From NCBI GenBank assembly GCA_001599295.1, contig BCGN01000006.1, positions 1,240,001-1,304,000 of the forward strand: a DNA stretch of 64,000 nucleotides, written 5' to 3'. The notes below the pieces were generated by a model that was not told where the DNA came from, searched no databases, and was given only the letters and a program-made list of their open reading frames with translations. Source of the stretch: Sporopachydermia quercuum (taxonomy: Eukaryota). How positions within the stretch are numbered: position 1 is the first letter of the stretch; each line of letters opens with the position of its first letter. The position numbers and the translations under genes are program-made. This document shows, one piece after another, positions 22,557 through 34,300 of this stretch.

Positions 22557-24059
22557 ATGCAATTCTTATCGTTGAAAACTTTGACACTGTTGGCAGCCAG
22601 TATTAGCACATCTCTGGCTGCTGACTATCAAGTCTTTGGATCTTTCATCTTTGGCCGTCATGGTGACAGAGAAGTAAAGCCTACCAACATTTTGACTCCA
22701 TTAGGAGCTCAACAAGTTTTCAGTGCCGGTCAATTCTACCGCAAAAGATACCTTGAAAACGATGACTTGAACTCCTTGAAGAACATGAGCGATTCATACG
22801 TTTATGGTGAGCTTGTTGCTGAAAATCCTTCCAGTTCAACCGTTGTTCATATCTCTCAAATTGCTTTCTTGCAAGGTTTCTATCCTCCTATTGGCGATAC
22901 NCAATATATGGGAGAATCAACTGAAGTATCTGCCGAGTCTATCACTGGGTCTGGACTGGCTAACGGCAGTACAATATTGTCTCCATTAAACGGTTATCAA
23001 TATGTTTTCATTGGTACTAGATTCAGATACACTGAAGATCATATTTGGATTAAGGGTGATATGGATTGTCCTGCATTAGAGACTGCTCAAGCCGACTACT
23101 TAACATCTGAACAGTTCACTCAAATGAATGAATCAACTTTGGGGTTCTACCAAGCACTGAGGGATGTTTTACCAGAAAANAAGTTCCCTGATTCTTCCCT
23201 GAACTTCGGTTATGCTTATGAAATCTTCGACTACGTTAACTACCAAATGGCACACAACGAAACTGCTCATGAAGTCTATGATGAGGAGCTTTTCTATACT
23301 CTCAGATATCTTGCTGATAACTATAGTTTTAACGTCAACTTTGATGTTACTAATACTACTAGTGATAGATCAGTTGGCGGTAAGACATTTGCTAATGCTG
23401 TTGTTGATAACCTCAATACCACCATAACTCAAGGTGCCCCATATTTGACTTTTTTCACTGGTTCTTATGATACTATGCTTCAATATTTCGGCCTGGTTAA
23501 GCTTCCTGAAGTTTCNTCAAACTTCACCGGTTTGCCTGACTACGCTTCCACTTTAGTTTGGGAACTCTTGAAGAGAACTGATGTCGAAAATGACAACACT
23601 ACTTATGTTAGATTCTCTTTCAGAAACGGAACCAATGCTGATACTCCTATTGTATCATATCCTCTATTTGGCCTTGATGAAGAAGTTATCACATGGGATA
23701 CATTTGTTGAAGAAACTAGTAANATTTCTATTTCTTCTGTTGCTGATTGGTGTGAAGAATGTGGTTCCTTTTCCACTGTTGCCTTCTGCGCTGCCTATTC
23801 TCCTGCCTATTTGTTAGGAACTAAATTGGAGAACGAAGGAGTTAACTTGGAGTCCATTGTTGATGGTGAGACTCATTGCAGCAGCAGTAGCTTAAGTTTA
23901 GCTGATGCTGGTGGAATTGGTGCTGGTGTTACTCTTGGGGTTATTTTGATTGCATCTGTTATTGGATATTTGATCTACAAGGTTTGGTACCAAAAGAAGG
24001 ATTCGGCCGTAGCTGCAGCTGCTATTAATGAAAAGGGTAAGACAGCTGATGATGTTTGA
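22557..24059 (+). CDS. Membrane-anchored histidine acid phosphatase
   Basis: Signal peptide, RHGDR catalytic motif, GDMDCP, PDYAS, VRFSFRNGT, WCEEC, and a C-terminal TM helix (GGIGAGVTLGVILIASVIGYLIY). Confidence 0.85.
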   Translation: MQFLSLKTLTLLAASISTSLAADYQVFGSFIFGRHGDREVKPTNILTPLGAQQVFSAGQFYRKRYLENDDLNSLKNMSDSYVYGELVAENPSSSTVVHISQIAFLQGFYPPIGDXQYMGESTEVSAESITGSGLANGSTILSPLNGYQYVFIGTRFRYTEDHIWIKGDMDCPALETAQADYLTSEQFTQMNESTLGFYQALRDVLPEXKFPDSSLNFGYAYEIFDYVNYQMAHNETAHEVYDEELFYTLRYLADNYSFNVNFDVTNTTSDRSVGGKTFANAVVDNLNTTITQGAPYLTFFTGSYDTMLQYFGLVKLPEVXSNFTGLPDYASTLVWELLKRTDVENDNTTYVRFSFRNGTNADTPIVSYPLFGLDEEVITWDTFVEETSXISISSVADWCEECGSFSTVAFCAAYSPAYLLGTKLENEGVNLESIVDGETHCSSSSLSLADAGGIGAGVTLGVILIASVIGYLIYKVWYQKKDSAVAAAAINEKGKTADDV

Positions 24060-24269
24060 ATTTATAGTATTAGAATATTAGGCAGTTAGTTTGTTGGAAC
24101 TTTTATCTATTTTATGCCTGTTATAGTTTTGTTTTATTTGATTCAGTTTAGTTTATGATGATGTATCTTTAGTCAAAGTTCCTAATACTTATAATAGAAG
24201 GAAACTGAGATAATATAGATTAGAGAATATAATGCTATAAAGTACGTACTGTAAGTATGCTTCCCAAAC

Positions 24270-25382
24270 TTATAGTTCATCGTGACTCTGTAGATATTCA
24301 ACAGCTGTTGATAGTGTAGTGTTCACAGNTTTTACTATCGATTCACTTATTGGTTCACTTAATGATTCACNAATCAATTCACTTATTGATCTAGTTACTG
24401 ATGCAACGGCACTACCACTTTCATTGATTGCTTCAATGGCACTTTGACTAATAAGGATTTCTGATTGGACACTCTCTATGAAATTATCAACTGCTGCATC
24501 CAAAGAAGTAGTGGCTACCTTGGCNATGTTCTCATCTACATCGTTCTCACTACTACCACCAGCCCCAACTATCCATCCAATTACACCAAAGAGTTTACCT
24601 AAAGTCCAGAGTATTAACCCTACAGGGCCTCTTAACACTCTTCTCCATACAATCCAGCAAACAACTAATGCAAGAAATCCTAAGCAACTCAGCATCATCA
24701 ATCTATCCTTGGAATCGGATTGTTTAACATGATTTACCAGCTTGCTGCTTCCTACTATAATGGTGTTGAAATTCAAGTAATTCTCACCTAAACTTCTCAA
24801 GTTCCTCTGGCTATCCTCCAGCTCTGAAACATTCAAACTCGACTGTGTGAGTTGAACTTGGAGCAAAGTACGCGATCGTTTTAATGATTGGGTGATCATT
24901 TCTGATTTATCAACCACTTGATCGTCAATTGATTTATTCCCCATTTTAGTGCTAGGTGTATCCACATTATTATTCAGTGAATCGTCTTCTAATTNCATGA
25001 AGCTCTTGCGATTGCNATACATAAGAGCACGTTCAATTTGGCTGGCTTTTTCCTCTATCACCCGCGATCTCAGCTGAGCCCGTCGGTATTGAATCCGCAG
25101 TCCTTTTACTAGCCCTGTCCATTTATCTATAGATACCATTTGCTTGATTTTCTCTTCCTTGGTGAGTAGATAGCCATCGATTTGACTATCAAGTTCCCAC
25201 TGGGCTTTTTTCAGTACGTTTTCTAGATCTGANAGCTGTGATTTGATTTCAGGGCTTACTTCATTTCTCAAAGCTCTTATTTCTGTCTCTGTCCATTCTT
25301 CAGAGGTTGGTTCTTCTAGCTTCATGATAAGCCTGTGGATATTATCCGTCAGGGACTCCATTCGTTCTACTAAAGCCTCCAT
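24270..25382 (-). CDS. SEC20: ER Qb-SNARE Sec20
   Basis: Sec20 SNARE region (ITQSLKRSRTLLQVQLTQSSLNVSELEDS), TM helix ..WIVWRR, Ser-rich luminal tail ending HDEL. Confidence 0.85.
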   Translation of the reverse strand: MEALVERMESLTDNIHRLIMKLEEPTSEEWTETEIRALRNEVSPEIKSQXSDLENVLKKAQWELDSQIDGYLLTKEEKIKQMVSIDKWTGLVKGLRIQYRRAQLRSRVIEEKASQIERALMYXNRKSFMXLEDDSLNNNVDTPSTKMGNKSIDDQVVDKSEMITQSLKRSRTLLQVQLTQSSLNVSELEDSQRNLRSLGENYLNFNTIIVGSSKLVNHVKQSDSKDRLMMLSCLGFLALVVCWIVWRRVLRGPVGLILWTLGKLFGVIGWIVGAGGSSENDVDENXAKVATTSLDAAVDNFIESVQSEILISQSAIEAINESGSAVASVTRSISELIXESLSEPISESIVKXVNTTLSTAVEYLQSHDEL

Positions 25383-25781
25383 GGTGAAGCTGCTGTTGGA
25401 AAGCTGTATACGAGGGTACTGAGATTTGATTTATTGGTACAATTAACGGTTTTGATTTTGAATNGCAATATTAGTTAGATCATTAACTAGAGTATTAACT
25501 AGAATACTAACTATAGTGTTAACAACAATACCAATGGTGATTGAATTGATGATGTTGGAGATTGGATCTATGTCTCATAAGGGGATACAAAAGATAGTGT
25601 CCCAAAATAGGTAAGAACTATAAGTAACATGAGGATATAATAATGATTATGTCATCATAAAGATCAAGAGAGCTACGATTGGAATGAATGATAAGATAAA
25701 TGGTGATCAATTGAGGAGGTAACAATATATACAATTAATGGAAAATACCGGAATAATAATCTACACATTGAAACTAAACAA

Positions 25782-28046
25782 TCAGTTTTGGTTTTGCTGC
25801 AACTTTCGTAGTTGATCCATAATGCTTGCCATGTTACCTCCAGTGTTTGGAGCTGATGCACCTAAGGGAGGTTGGGGTGCGGATTGCTGCTGTGCTTGTG
25901 GAATGTTTGGTCTGACAGATCCACCATAAGCTTGGTTCGATCCATACATATTCTGACCATAAGGTAAAGAGGCNGTATTTACACCCACATTAGGTATTGT
26001 TGGGGATTGTTGTTGCTGTTGTAGAGCAGCAATTACTGTTTGAAGAGAATTGGGGTCTAAACCTTGTAAGGAAGATAATAAAGCATTGGGATTAGGCATT
26101 CCAGCAAAATTTTGTTGTAATGGAACAGCTGGCAAAGGTTGNTGCATTGATTGTTGCATTGGGGGTGGGATGGGAGGCTGTATATTTTGTTGACTTCGAG
26201 ACAACTGGTTAGAATAAGCATTATAAGCTGAGCCAGAGTTCTGTGGACGATTATCATATGGGTTGTACGACGATTCGACATATCTTTTCTTACATTGNGA
26301 TAATAGCTGCACTGCCAACCCGATGTCTATACTCAAATACTCTTTGAATTGAACACCACCATCTGGGGAGCGGTCGAACACTTGAACATTGACGGTATTA
26401 CGTTGCTGTGAGGTGTAATCAATATATACAACACCTAGGACCCCCTCGTAGACCTTCTGTTGAATGGCAGCTGACAGCATAGAATGAGATGGAAGATCTT
26501 CCGCAGCAGTTAAGATATTTGCATTCTTCAAGGACCTGAGAACATGATAGCTATATCCAGGGTCAACTCTTTCAATAACAAAAACTTGGCACTCCAAGTT
26601 AGAATTGCGATTACGTCTACCATTGTATGGGGAACCAGAACGATCTCTTCGATCGCGGTAATTATCACGATAGTTGTCTCTATCACGTCCTCTATTTCTG
26701 CTATGATCCATTCGATCTCTACCATCCATTCTGTCCATTCGATCTCCACCTCGTTCACGATTATTGGAGTCATTTTTCTGATGTGGTTTGGAGATTTCCA
26801 AATGCATAGTTTTACCCTTCAATGGATAGGCAGACTCGTTGGCGATTGCTTGTATCACTGAGTTTGGGTCCTTGAACTGAATGAAAGCATATCCTTTCTT
26901 CATAGAAATCTGGACAATACTTCCATAACGATAAAATATACGAAATAAATGGCGTTTGCTTACTGTATATGCAAGATTGCCAATGAATAAACGGGAGCCA
27001 GAAGGATACTTTTGCCAATCCCGTTCATCAGTGTAAGCTTGCTCTTGGACAGTATACTCTTGGAATGCTGCTTCTTCCTCAGGAGCATATTTCTGATCAA
27101 CATAACTATATGGATCGTTAGTAGAAAGTGGAACGAAAGTAGTAGGTTTTTGAGGGAAATCAATAGAAATATTAGAAGGAGGAGCAGAAGTATTCAAACT
27201 AGTGTCACTAGAACCGGTATTGGTGGACGTTGATTTAGTATTACTCTCGGTTTTAGAAGAAGCGGCAAGGTTGGATAATAATGACTGTAAATTTGCAGTG
27301 TGTGTTTCATCCAATGGATTGGATTTATTTGATCCGGAAGAGTTATCAAAATTAGGTTGTTCTGGAAGGTGGGCTGGTTTACTTTCATTATCTGTTTTCA
27401 ATTGTGAGGTTGCAACAGTTGGGGTAACAACTGATGATATGGTTAATGATTCAGGGTCATAGTCTTCATCTGATTCCTCAAAATCCTCACCTTGGGTCAC
27501 AGTTACTGATGCAGAATCTTCATCTACATTGGATGGCTTGTCTTCGGCTTCTTCTGCAAAATCATGATCGGAATCTTCCACATTGGTATCATCCACGGTA
27601 GTGTTTTGCTCGGGTAGGACTTCTGAATTGTCACCGATTGGGACTGAAGTAGTGGGTTCTTGGTCTTTGTCATCATTCACTANTTCTTTACTGATGCTCT
27701 GTTCTCCTGTAACTGTTCCTGTTTCTGATTCATCTCTTGTTTCAGGAGTAGAGGACTCTTCTGGGTCATGGGGAATGTACTTGGGGTTATATTCAGCAGG
27801 AGATTCGGGATTATTCGATGTCTGTTCTGATTCTTTTAATTCGCTGCTTAGGTTACCTATTTCTGTTTGCTCAACACTATCAGTGTTCACTGTGGTCTCT
27901 ACTGTTTCTGTTGGGGAAATCTGGGTTTGGTTTTCAACTGATGATTCTGCAGCATGTTCAGCTCCTTGGTTGACAGTGTTGTCATTGGATGGAGAGTCAG
28001 ATCCTGATCCCAGCCCCGGAATAGATGGTGTATAATCGTTGGACAT
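25782..28046 (-). CDS. NAB3: Nab3-like RRM protein (Nrd1-Nab3-Sen1 termination)
   Basis: ATG at 28046. Acidic N-terminus, RRM starting PSGSRLFIGNL..KKGYAFIQF, RD/RS-rich linker, Q/P-rich tail with terminal helix SIMDQLRKLQ. Confidence 0.8.
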   Translation of the reverse strand: MSNDYTPSIPGLGSGSDSPSNDNTVNQGAEHAAESSVENQTQISPTETVETTVNTDSVEQTEIGNLSSELKESEQTSNNPESPAEYNPKYIPHDPEESSTPETRDESETGTVTGEQSISKEXVNDDKDQEPTTSVPIGDNSEVLPEQNTTVDDTNVEDSDHDFAEEAEDKPSNVDEDSASVTVTQGEDFEESDEDYDPESLTISSVVTPTVATSQLKTDNESKPAHLPEQPNFDNSSGSNKSNPLDETHTANLQSLLSNLAASSKTESNTKSTSTNTGSSDTSLNTSAPPSNISIDFPQKPTTFVPLSTNDPYSYVDQKYAPEEEAAFQEYTVQEQAYTDERDWQKYPSGSRLFIGNLAYTVSKRHLFRIFYRYGSIVQISMKKGYAFIQFKDPNSVIQAIANESAYPLKGKTMHLEISKPHQKNDSNNRERGGDRMDRMDGRDRMDHSRNRGRDRDNYRDNYRDRRDRSGSPYNGRRNRNSNLECQVFVIERVDPGYSYHVLRSLKNANILTAAEDLPSHSMLSAAIQQKVYEGVLGVVYIDYTSQQRNTVNVQVFDRSPDGGVQFKEYLSIDIGLAVQLLXQCKKRYVESSYNPYDNRPQNSGSAYNAYSNQLSRSQQNIQPPIPPPMQQSMXQPLPAVPLQQNFAGMPNPNALLSSLQGLDPNSLQTVIAALQQQQQSPTIPNVGVNXASLPYGQNMYGSNQAYGGSVRPNIPQAQQQSAPQPPLGASAPNTGGNMASIMDQLRKLQQNQN

Positions 28047-28905
28047 AGTATATAAATTTTGTTGCAGCTCGCTGGAAGAATGGATAATATTAAAATGGCT
28101 CTTTTTGTTCTCGTGATATCTATTGGTAAAATGAACAATTGCAGTAACAAAACCCACACCTATAATACTACTTTTACTTCCTAATTGTTTGAAACAAACC
28201 GGTAGCTAGTAAGGAAAGAAGGGAAAAGCAATGAACCAACCAAGAATGAAAGATGCGTGAAAAAGTGGGAATCAGCTGCTTGTGATGTACCTACCATAAA
28301 TTTCAACTCAACACAAGTCGATAGTAAGAATAGTCAGCTTTCGGCGAAATAAGTTGTTGGAAAACAAACACGAATAAAACAAACATAGTGCAAAGGCCAA
28401 CAGAACATTTTCATAGTCACAAATTTGGTTTGGTGAAGTCGATATGGTTACCCGGTCTTGTTTCCGAGAAGGGAGTCTGAGCGCCTTTGTCAGGGTCTGG
28501 CAGATGTAACACGTGATCCGTATGTTGGCATTTCAACTTGGAAAGTGTTCTTCTGTTGCAAATTATTAACAGTGATGAGAGTTTGCCATCAGAACAGGTA
28601 CTTGATGGATATTCTATAACGGGAATAGAAGGGCGTTATTGTTTCTTTGTAGATGTTTTATTATTTATAGGAGAAAAAGTGACAGAAAATTTATCGCTGG
28701 TCCTATGGATAATAAGATAATAAGTGAGGCCTCAATTGCGGGACATACATATCTACACATCATTCGATCTCATCACGTACATTAATAGGATCATTCAAAG
28801 TTACAGTATTTTACAAGATAGTTATATATAGAAGACTTACTCGAACAACTACAGCTTAAGGGCCCTTGTTGGAGAATTCTTTAAATTGAAACCAAAATAA
28901 AAATC

Positions 28906-30182
28906 ATGAGTGATAATAGTGAAAAGATTGCTAAGTTTGCAGAACTTACTGGTGGATCTATCAGTGATGCAGGCAAGTTCTTGGAATTAGCAGACGGAAA
29001 TTTGGAGGTAAGTATATTGAGCTATTTGACTTATTTTTTCTTTTGCTTCTTTGGCCGGCTTAACTGTTGTTGCCTAGCTAAATTCAAGTACTAACTGGCT
29101 TCCAGACAGCCGTAGAATTATACTATGATCAGGGATCATCGCTTTCATCAACATCAAGGGAAACTTCAGCTGCTCCTTCGACCTCGTCCGGTTCAGCCCT
29201 ACCTTCACAAAGAACAAAGCACTCTGACAAGATAAGCAATTCAAGTTCAAGATTCAGATCGTTCCGAGATATAGCTCACGACGACGACGATGATGACAAA
29301 GATCAAAATTTCTTTACTGGAGGCGAAAAGTCTGCGTTAGCTGTAGAAGATCCAAATGCTAAACGTGCGGGAGGAGTGGGAGGTTTGATCAATGATTTGA
29401 TGCGAAAAGCTGCTAGAAATGGTCAAGAGGATCCTGATTCTGATGACGACGAAGAAACATATAAAAAGAAGAAGGGAACCAAGCCTTTCTCTGGCACAGG
29501 TTATAAGCTTGGTGATAGCGAAACACCTTCGGAAGTTATTTCAGATCCTGAAGCAGGAAGGCAAAATGAAGCAAGAACTGTTGTTCATAGAAGGATTACC
29601 TTCTGGAGAGAAGGTTTTTCTGTGGAAGGAGGAAGCTACTATCGTTACGATGATCCTGAGAATGCTGAATATGTAAGACAATTGAATAGTGGAACTGCAC
29701 CAATGGAGCTATTCAACGTTCAATACAATCAAGATGTGAGAGTTATGGTTGAAAGCCGTTTAACTGAAGATTATACTCCTCCAAAGACTGCTCCAGCGCG
29801 TGGATTTCAAGGGTCTGGCCATAGATTAGGAAGTCCTGTACCTGGAGATGTCATTATTTCTTCTCAGCAAGAGCCTACGATAGAAACCGCAGAAGAAAAG
29901 GGCTCAGCTGCTAAAGCGGAAACAGAATCAAAGCCTGCTCCTGAAGAGGAAGAGGGAGATACAACTGTGCAGATTAGATTTGCTGATGGATCACGACAAG
30001 TAAAGAAGTTCAACTCTACAGGTCCTGTGAGTCAAGTATTTGATTTCGTTGCTAGTCAGACGTCAGGTACGCGTGCATACACTTTGAATACTACGTTCCC
30101 CATGAAACCTATAGAAAATGGAGATATTTCAATTAAAGATGCTAAATTGTGTAACTCTGTTGTTGTTCAACGATGGGCTTAG
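28906..30182 (+). CDS. SHP1: p97/Cdc48 cofactor Shp1/Ubx1 (UBA-SEP-UBX)
   Basis: Exon 1 28906-29007, intron GTAAGT..TACTAAC..CAG 29008-29105, exon 2 29106-30182. Motifs FFTGGEKSALAV, SEP (ITFWREGFSV), SHP boxes FSGTGYKLG and FQGSGHRLGS, UBX (VQIRFADG..TTFPMK). Confidence 0.95.
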
Positions 30183-31338
30183 ATTGGTTCAGTGGTAATG
30201 ATACGTATGTCTTGCTTATGTCTTCTTTAGTATAATAAAGATAGGTTTTATATGAAATATGTAGTGGAATATAGGGACTATGAAATGCAGCGTAGGAGTT
30301 TGATGGAAACGAGTGGAATTTAACCGTGAAGAATAATCCAGTTCTTGGTCTACTGAGGTTATTATTTGTAGTTCTTGTAGTGCTTGTTGTGCTTGCAGTT
30401 AGTTAGCAGAAAAACAACAAATAGCAGTATATTCAGGCCTCTATTTCACTGCTGATTTGTCTCTCTCTTTCTACTAGGATTATTGNATGTATTTTTGCTC
30501 TTATCGTCAGTAATCCATCTNCTGTCTTATGGCTGTGAACTCTCCTTCTACTACCAGTTGCAAGTGGCTTCCAGACCAACCAGTTCCATTGTAATTTGGT
30601 CAATGCGCTTCTTATCCTTTGGAACCCTCNTTTCCTCTTTATTCAAGTGTATTCAATGCTTTAATATGTATTTATTCTCGTCATTCCTTATATATCTTAC
30701 AGTATCATGATCCTTCTAGTGAACGAATTGAACTTTAATCACGTGACTAAACTCAAGAAAGTTAAATCTTTTGCGATCCTCTATCTTCAGGAGACCCCTT
30801 GCTGGTATCCTTGTTAAGTTATTGTTTACAATATCAATAATTATATATTTATACCATTTTATTCATTAATCCCTTAATTTTCATCTATATTTCATTAATT
30901 TTTCTTCTANATATTATCATCATCAATAGAATAATCTCATCCAGCTATTTATGTGATTNATATTGTAAATTTCCACTCAGTTTGCTTCTATTTTAGTCTG
31001 TTTGTGTGTCTTCTTTTCCCAATAATCGCTGTATAAGAATTCACGTGTTTTATCACGTGAATTGATTTCCCTAACATTTTCNTAGATATTCATTTTGTTA
31101 TAATCGATTTTTTGTTTTATACTACTATCAATGAATAATACCTGTTTACAACAAATAATACACATGACCAGGGTTGCTATCTAAAGCACTTACCTTAAAC
31201 ATAAGTAACACGCTGGTTCTATAATTTTGCTCTTTTCTCAGGCAAACGCATCAGCAAACGTATCAACATCTACTCCTTCAACCCCAAACTCCGTTTGCGC
31301 CTACGCCTATCTACCTCCACAGTCAACTATGGTCAACG

Positions 31339-34300
31339 ATGCTTTTTGTATATAAAAGGGTATTCAGCAAGACAAAAAAGACCCTGAATATCGTTCAAGC
31401 CAACAGGCAGATCAAAATTACCGTCACTTCGGCTCAGTTCTCGCCGGTCTTCAACCCATCTTCTGCTAACTGCAGAAGNTTCTCTAATACAGCATGTCAC
31501 AGTGGTGTGAAGGACTTTTTCGATAAACCATTGAAATTCTGGCTCAGTTCAAAATCTGCTGAGCCTGAGAATTCGCAATCATTCAGCAAAGAACACCAGC
31601 TGCAAAAGCCGCGGATTTCAAGCGGCCGCCCAGTAGATACTTATAGGATCTATAGAGCTCTGGCAGATGCCTATAGGCCGGATCCAAGTGCTATTAATAG
31701 ATCAGCAATAGCAGCACTAGTTGATGTTGATCCTTATTTCAATGAACCCAAACCAAACTCACAGCTTAAAAGAGGCTCCTTCATTGAAGCCCTTGATGCT
31801 AATGGCAACCTGACAATAGGCATCTTACTTCCGCAGATAGCATCCATTGATACTCTGCAAGTGGATGTGCTCACTGTACGTGGCACTTGCATTTCTATTC
31901 CTATCAGCAACATTACAGTGTCTTTCGAACCGTTTATTAACATAAAAGCATTAAATAATTCGGCTAATTACCCAGATATTGTTCATGTGATCAACATATT
32001 CCTAAAATACTCTTTATCCTTATTCAAGAGTCACGTGAGACATTATTTGTCAGCTGCCCACAGCACTTTCGCTAAAGACGACGTTGCCGTTACTTTCGAA
32101 CTACCGGAAATCGCTAACTATATTCTCTCCAATGCGCCCGCCATTCCCGATTCCCGGAAATTCAAACTCCATGGGATTTACTTTGCTACTCACATTGGTC
32201 TNTGTAGAAGCCCTGGCCAGTACATGGTGCTGAACACGCAACTGTATCCTGGTTGTTTGCTCAACACGCAGAATAACCAATTATCATGGCTGGCCATGAA
32301 TAAAACAGCACATAATCTTCAATTGTTTGGTACTAAATATATGGTAACTTCAATAGCGATATCAACAGCTTATAGCACTGTGATGACTGAGTTCCATAGG
32401 GATAACAATGCCAAGCAGTTTGATCTCTTTGTCAAGGGCATGAAAAGCATTATGAAGATAGCAGAGGAAGGGGAGCGGAAGCGGGAGATTGAATTTCTAC
32501 GGGAGATCAATAAATACAACAGCATTCTAACATTAATGATTTATTTTCTGTTGTATCCGCATCCTGAGCTGGTTAGGTTTATTGATAAGCTGGTAAATAT
32601 GTTTAAGGAGGGGGAAATGGAAGAGAAGCAGCAAGGAAAAGAGGAAACTGGTGATGGATTTCGTTCCACACACAGTGCAAAGTTTGATATTAATGGTAAT
32701 ATAAATGATAATATCAATAGTAATGCTAATACTGCCAATACTAGTGTTAATACTACTAGTTCTACTACTACAATTACTACAACTACAACTACTACTGATA
32801 CTAATCCTTCTAATCCTACTATTACAATGCCTTACTCAGCTTTTGATTCGGCTTCAACTTCTTCCTACAAACTCTTCAACTCTGCTTATCTTAAACCTAT
32901 CGACGAACTGAAAGCCAGTATTTACGAAATCCTTCTAAAATCAACAGTTCTCACCAGCTTATCAGATCCTTTTATTGCTTCCCAGCTTATCGGGACCTCA
33001 AGCTCTTTGCTCAATGACGATATCACCGACAGAGCCACGCCAGTATTCAATGAATTCAAGTTCAGCAATGGCAATGGCAGTGGCACAGGCACATTCAAAA
33101 ACGCGACAGATCAAACTGTCTCCAACTCATCAAAGGCTGCTGTTGCTACTGAAAACTGGTACTTGCCACATAAAACTAAACGTTCTCCGCATATCATCGT
33201 CCTCCCAAGCGAAACATTCCGTGCTATGGGCAAACCACACTTATCTGACACAGCGATCAGCTTCCAGACAGAAGGCTCCACTATAAGGCTCTTTATTCAT
33301 TTGATAGACGTTACTAACATCATCACACCTTTGCATGAGCTGTTTGAAGCTGCTCTGTATCGAGTGAAAACTAGCATTTTATTCAATCCGGAGTCCAGCA
33401 ATTACACATCAACTACACCNCTGGGGCTTCCAATAGCCTGTTTGAGCCTCCTGCCGGAGGATGTGCTGGAGTCGGCAGCATTCAATGAGTCCTTGTGGGA
33501 AGAGACCATTCGCAAGGAAGCCTTTCAGCAGTCCGGACGCCAGTTCTACTGCAGCAACACCGAACTGGAGACAGATCAGTTTAAATNCTGTATCACCATC
33601 GAAGCTGTTTACGACAGCTGGCAGTCAGATCCTTGGAAGCTCAAGGATTATTCCCTCAAGTTTACCCGGCTGAAGTATAAGGACATGTTTTTTCTGAAAT
33701 ACAACAGTATGCTGGATATAATAGAGAACAGAGGCTGGGGGACGCTTCCTGCATATTATTTGCCTTCCCATGAGGAAGGAGAAACCAGTGCTAGCATTAA
33801 TAATGGAAATAGCATGAGTAATGCAAACGACGCGAAGAGCCAACCTGTTCTCTCTACAGAAACGAAATCGACGTTCAAATTAGCTCCCTTGTTTTCCGTT
33901 TCTTCTGGAAGATCGACAAAGCTCGATCCCTTCGGCTTCAACGAAGAAGTACCGCCAGGGATCCGCACGGTTCTGCTGCAGTTTGTGGGACACATCTCCA
34001 GCAGGTTCTGGCGGCGAATTGATAGACACCCGTTGGAATCGAGCTTGGTGCCTGCGAAATTGGCCGTAGGACCTGATTCTTCCCCCGGAGAGAGCGCCGG
34101 TTTCTCTGTGCTGCAGCTGGAGACAGGGCAAGAGGTCATGACCAATAAATTCCTCCGGGAGCTGGGGTACCTCGCGGGTGAGATCTCTGGCCGGTATGCC
34201 ACGGAAAACAACGTTCCAGTGCTATTCCGCAGCCAGAATTTGGTGCCAGACTTACCTCGGGCATTAAAAGCTGCTGAGGAAACGTCCAGCAGCAGCTACG

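Noticed and set aside
23455..23480. Acid phosphatase second motif reads YD rather than HD
   Set aside because: As recalled, GSY-type variants are common in this fungal membrane-anchored subfamily, so this is not evidence of inactivation.
24155..24240. ATGATGA...CTGA pair as a C/D snoRNA
   Set aside because: It lies in the AT-rich 3'UTR zone between convergent genes, with no terminal stem or recognisable guide.
28770..28800. CACGTACATTAATAGGATCATTC resembling the 5' end (box A) of fungal U3 snoRNA
   Set aside because: No downstream boxes C', B, C or D, and the SHP1 ATG follows within ~110 nt.
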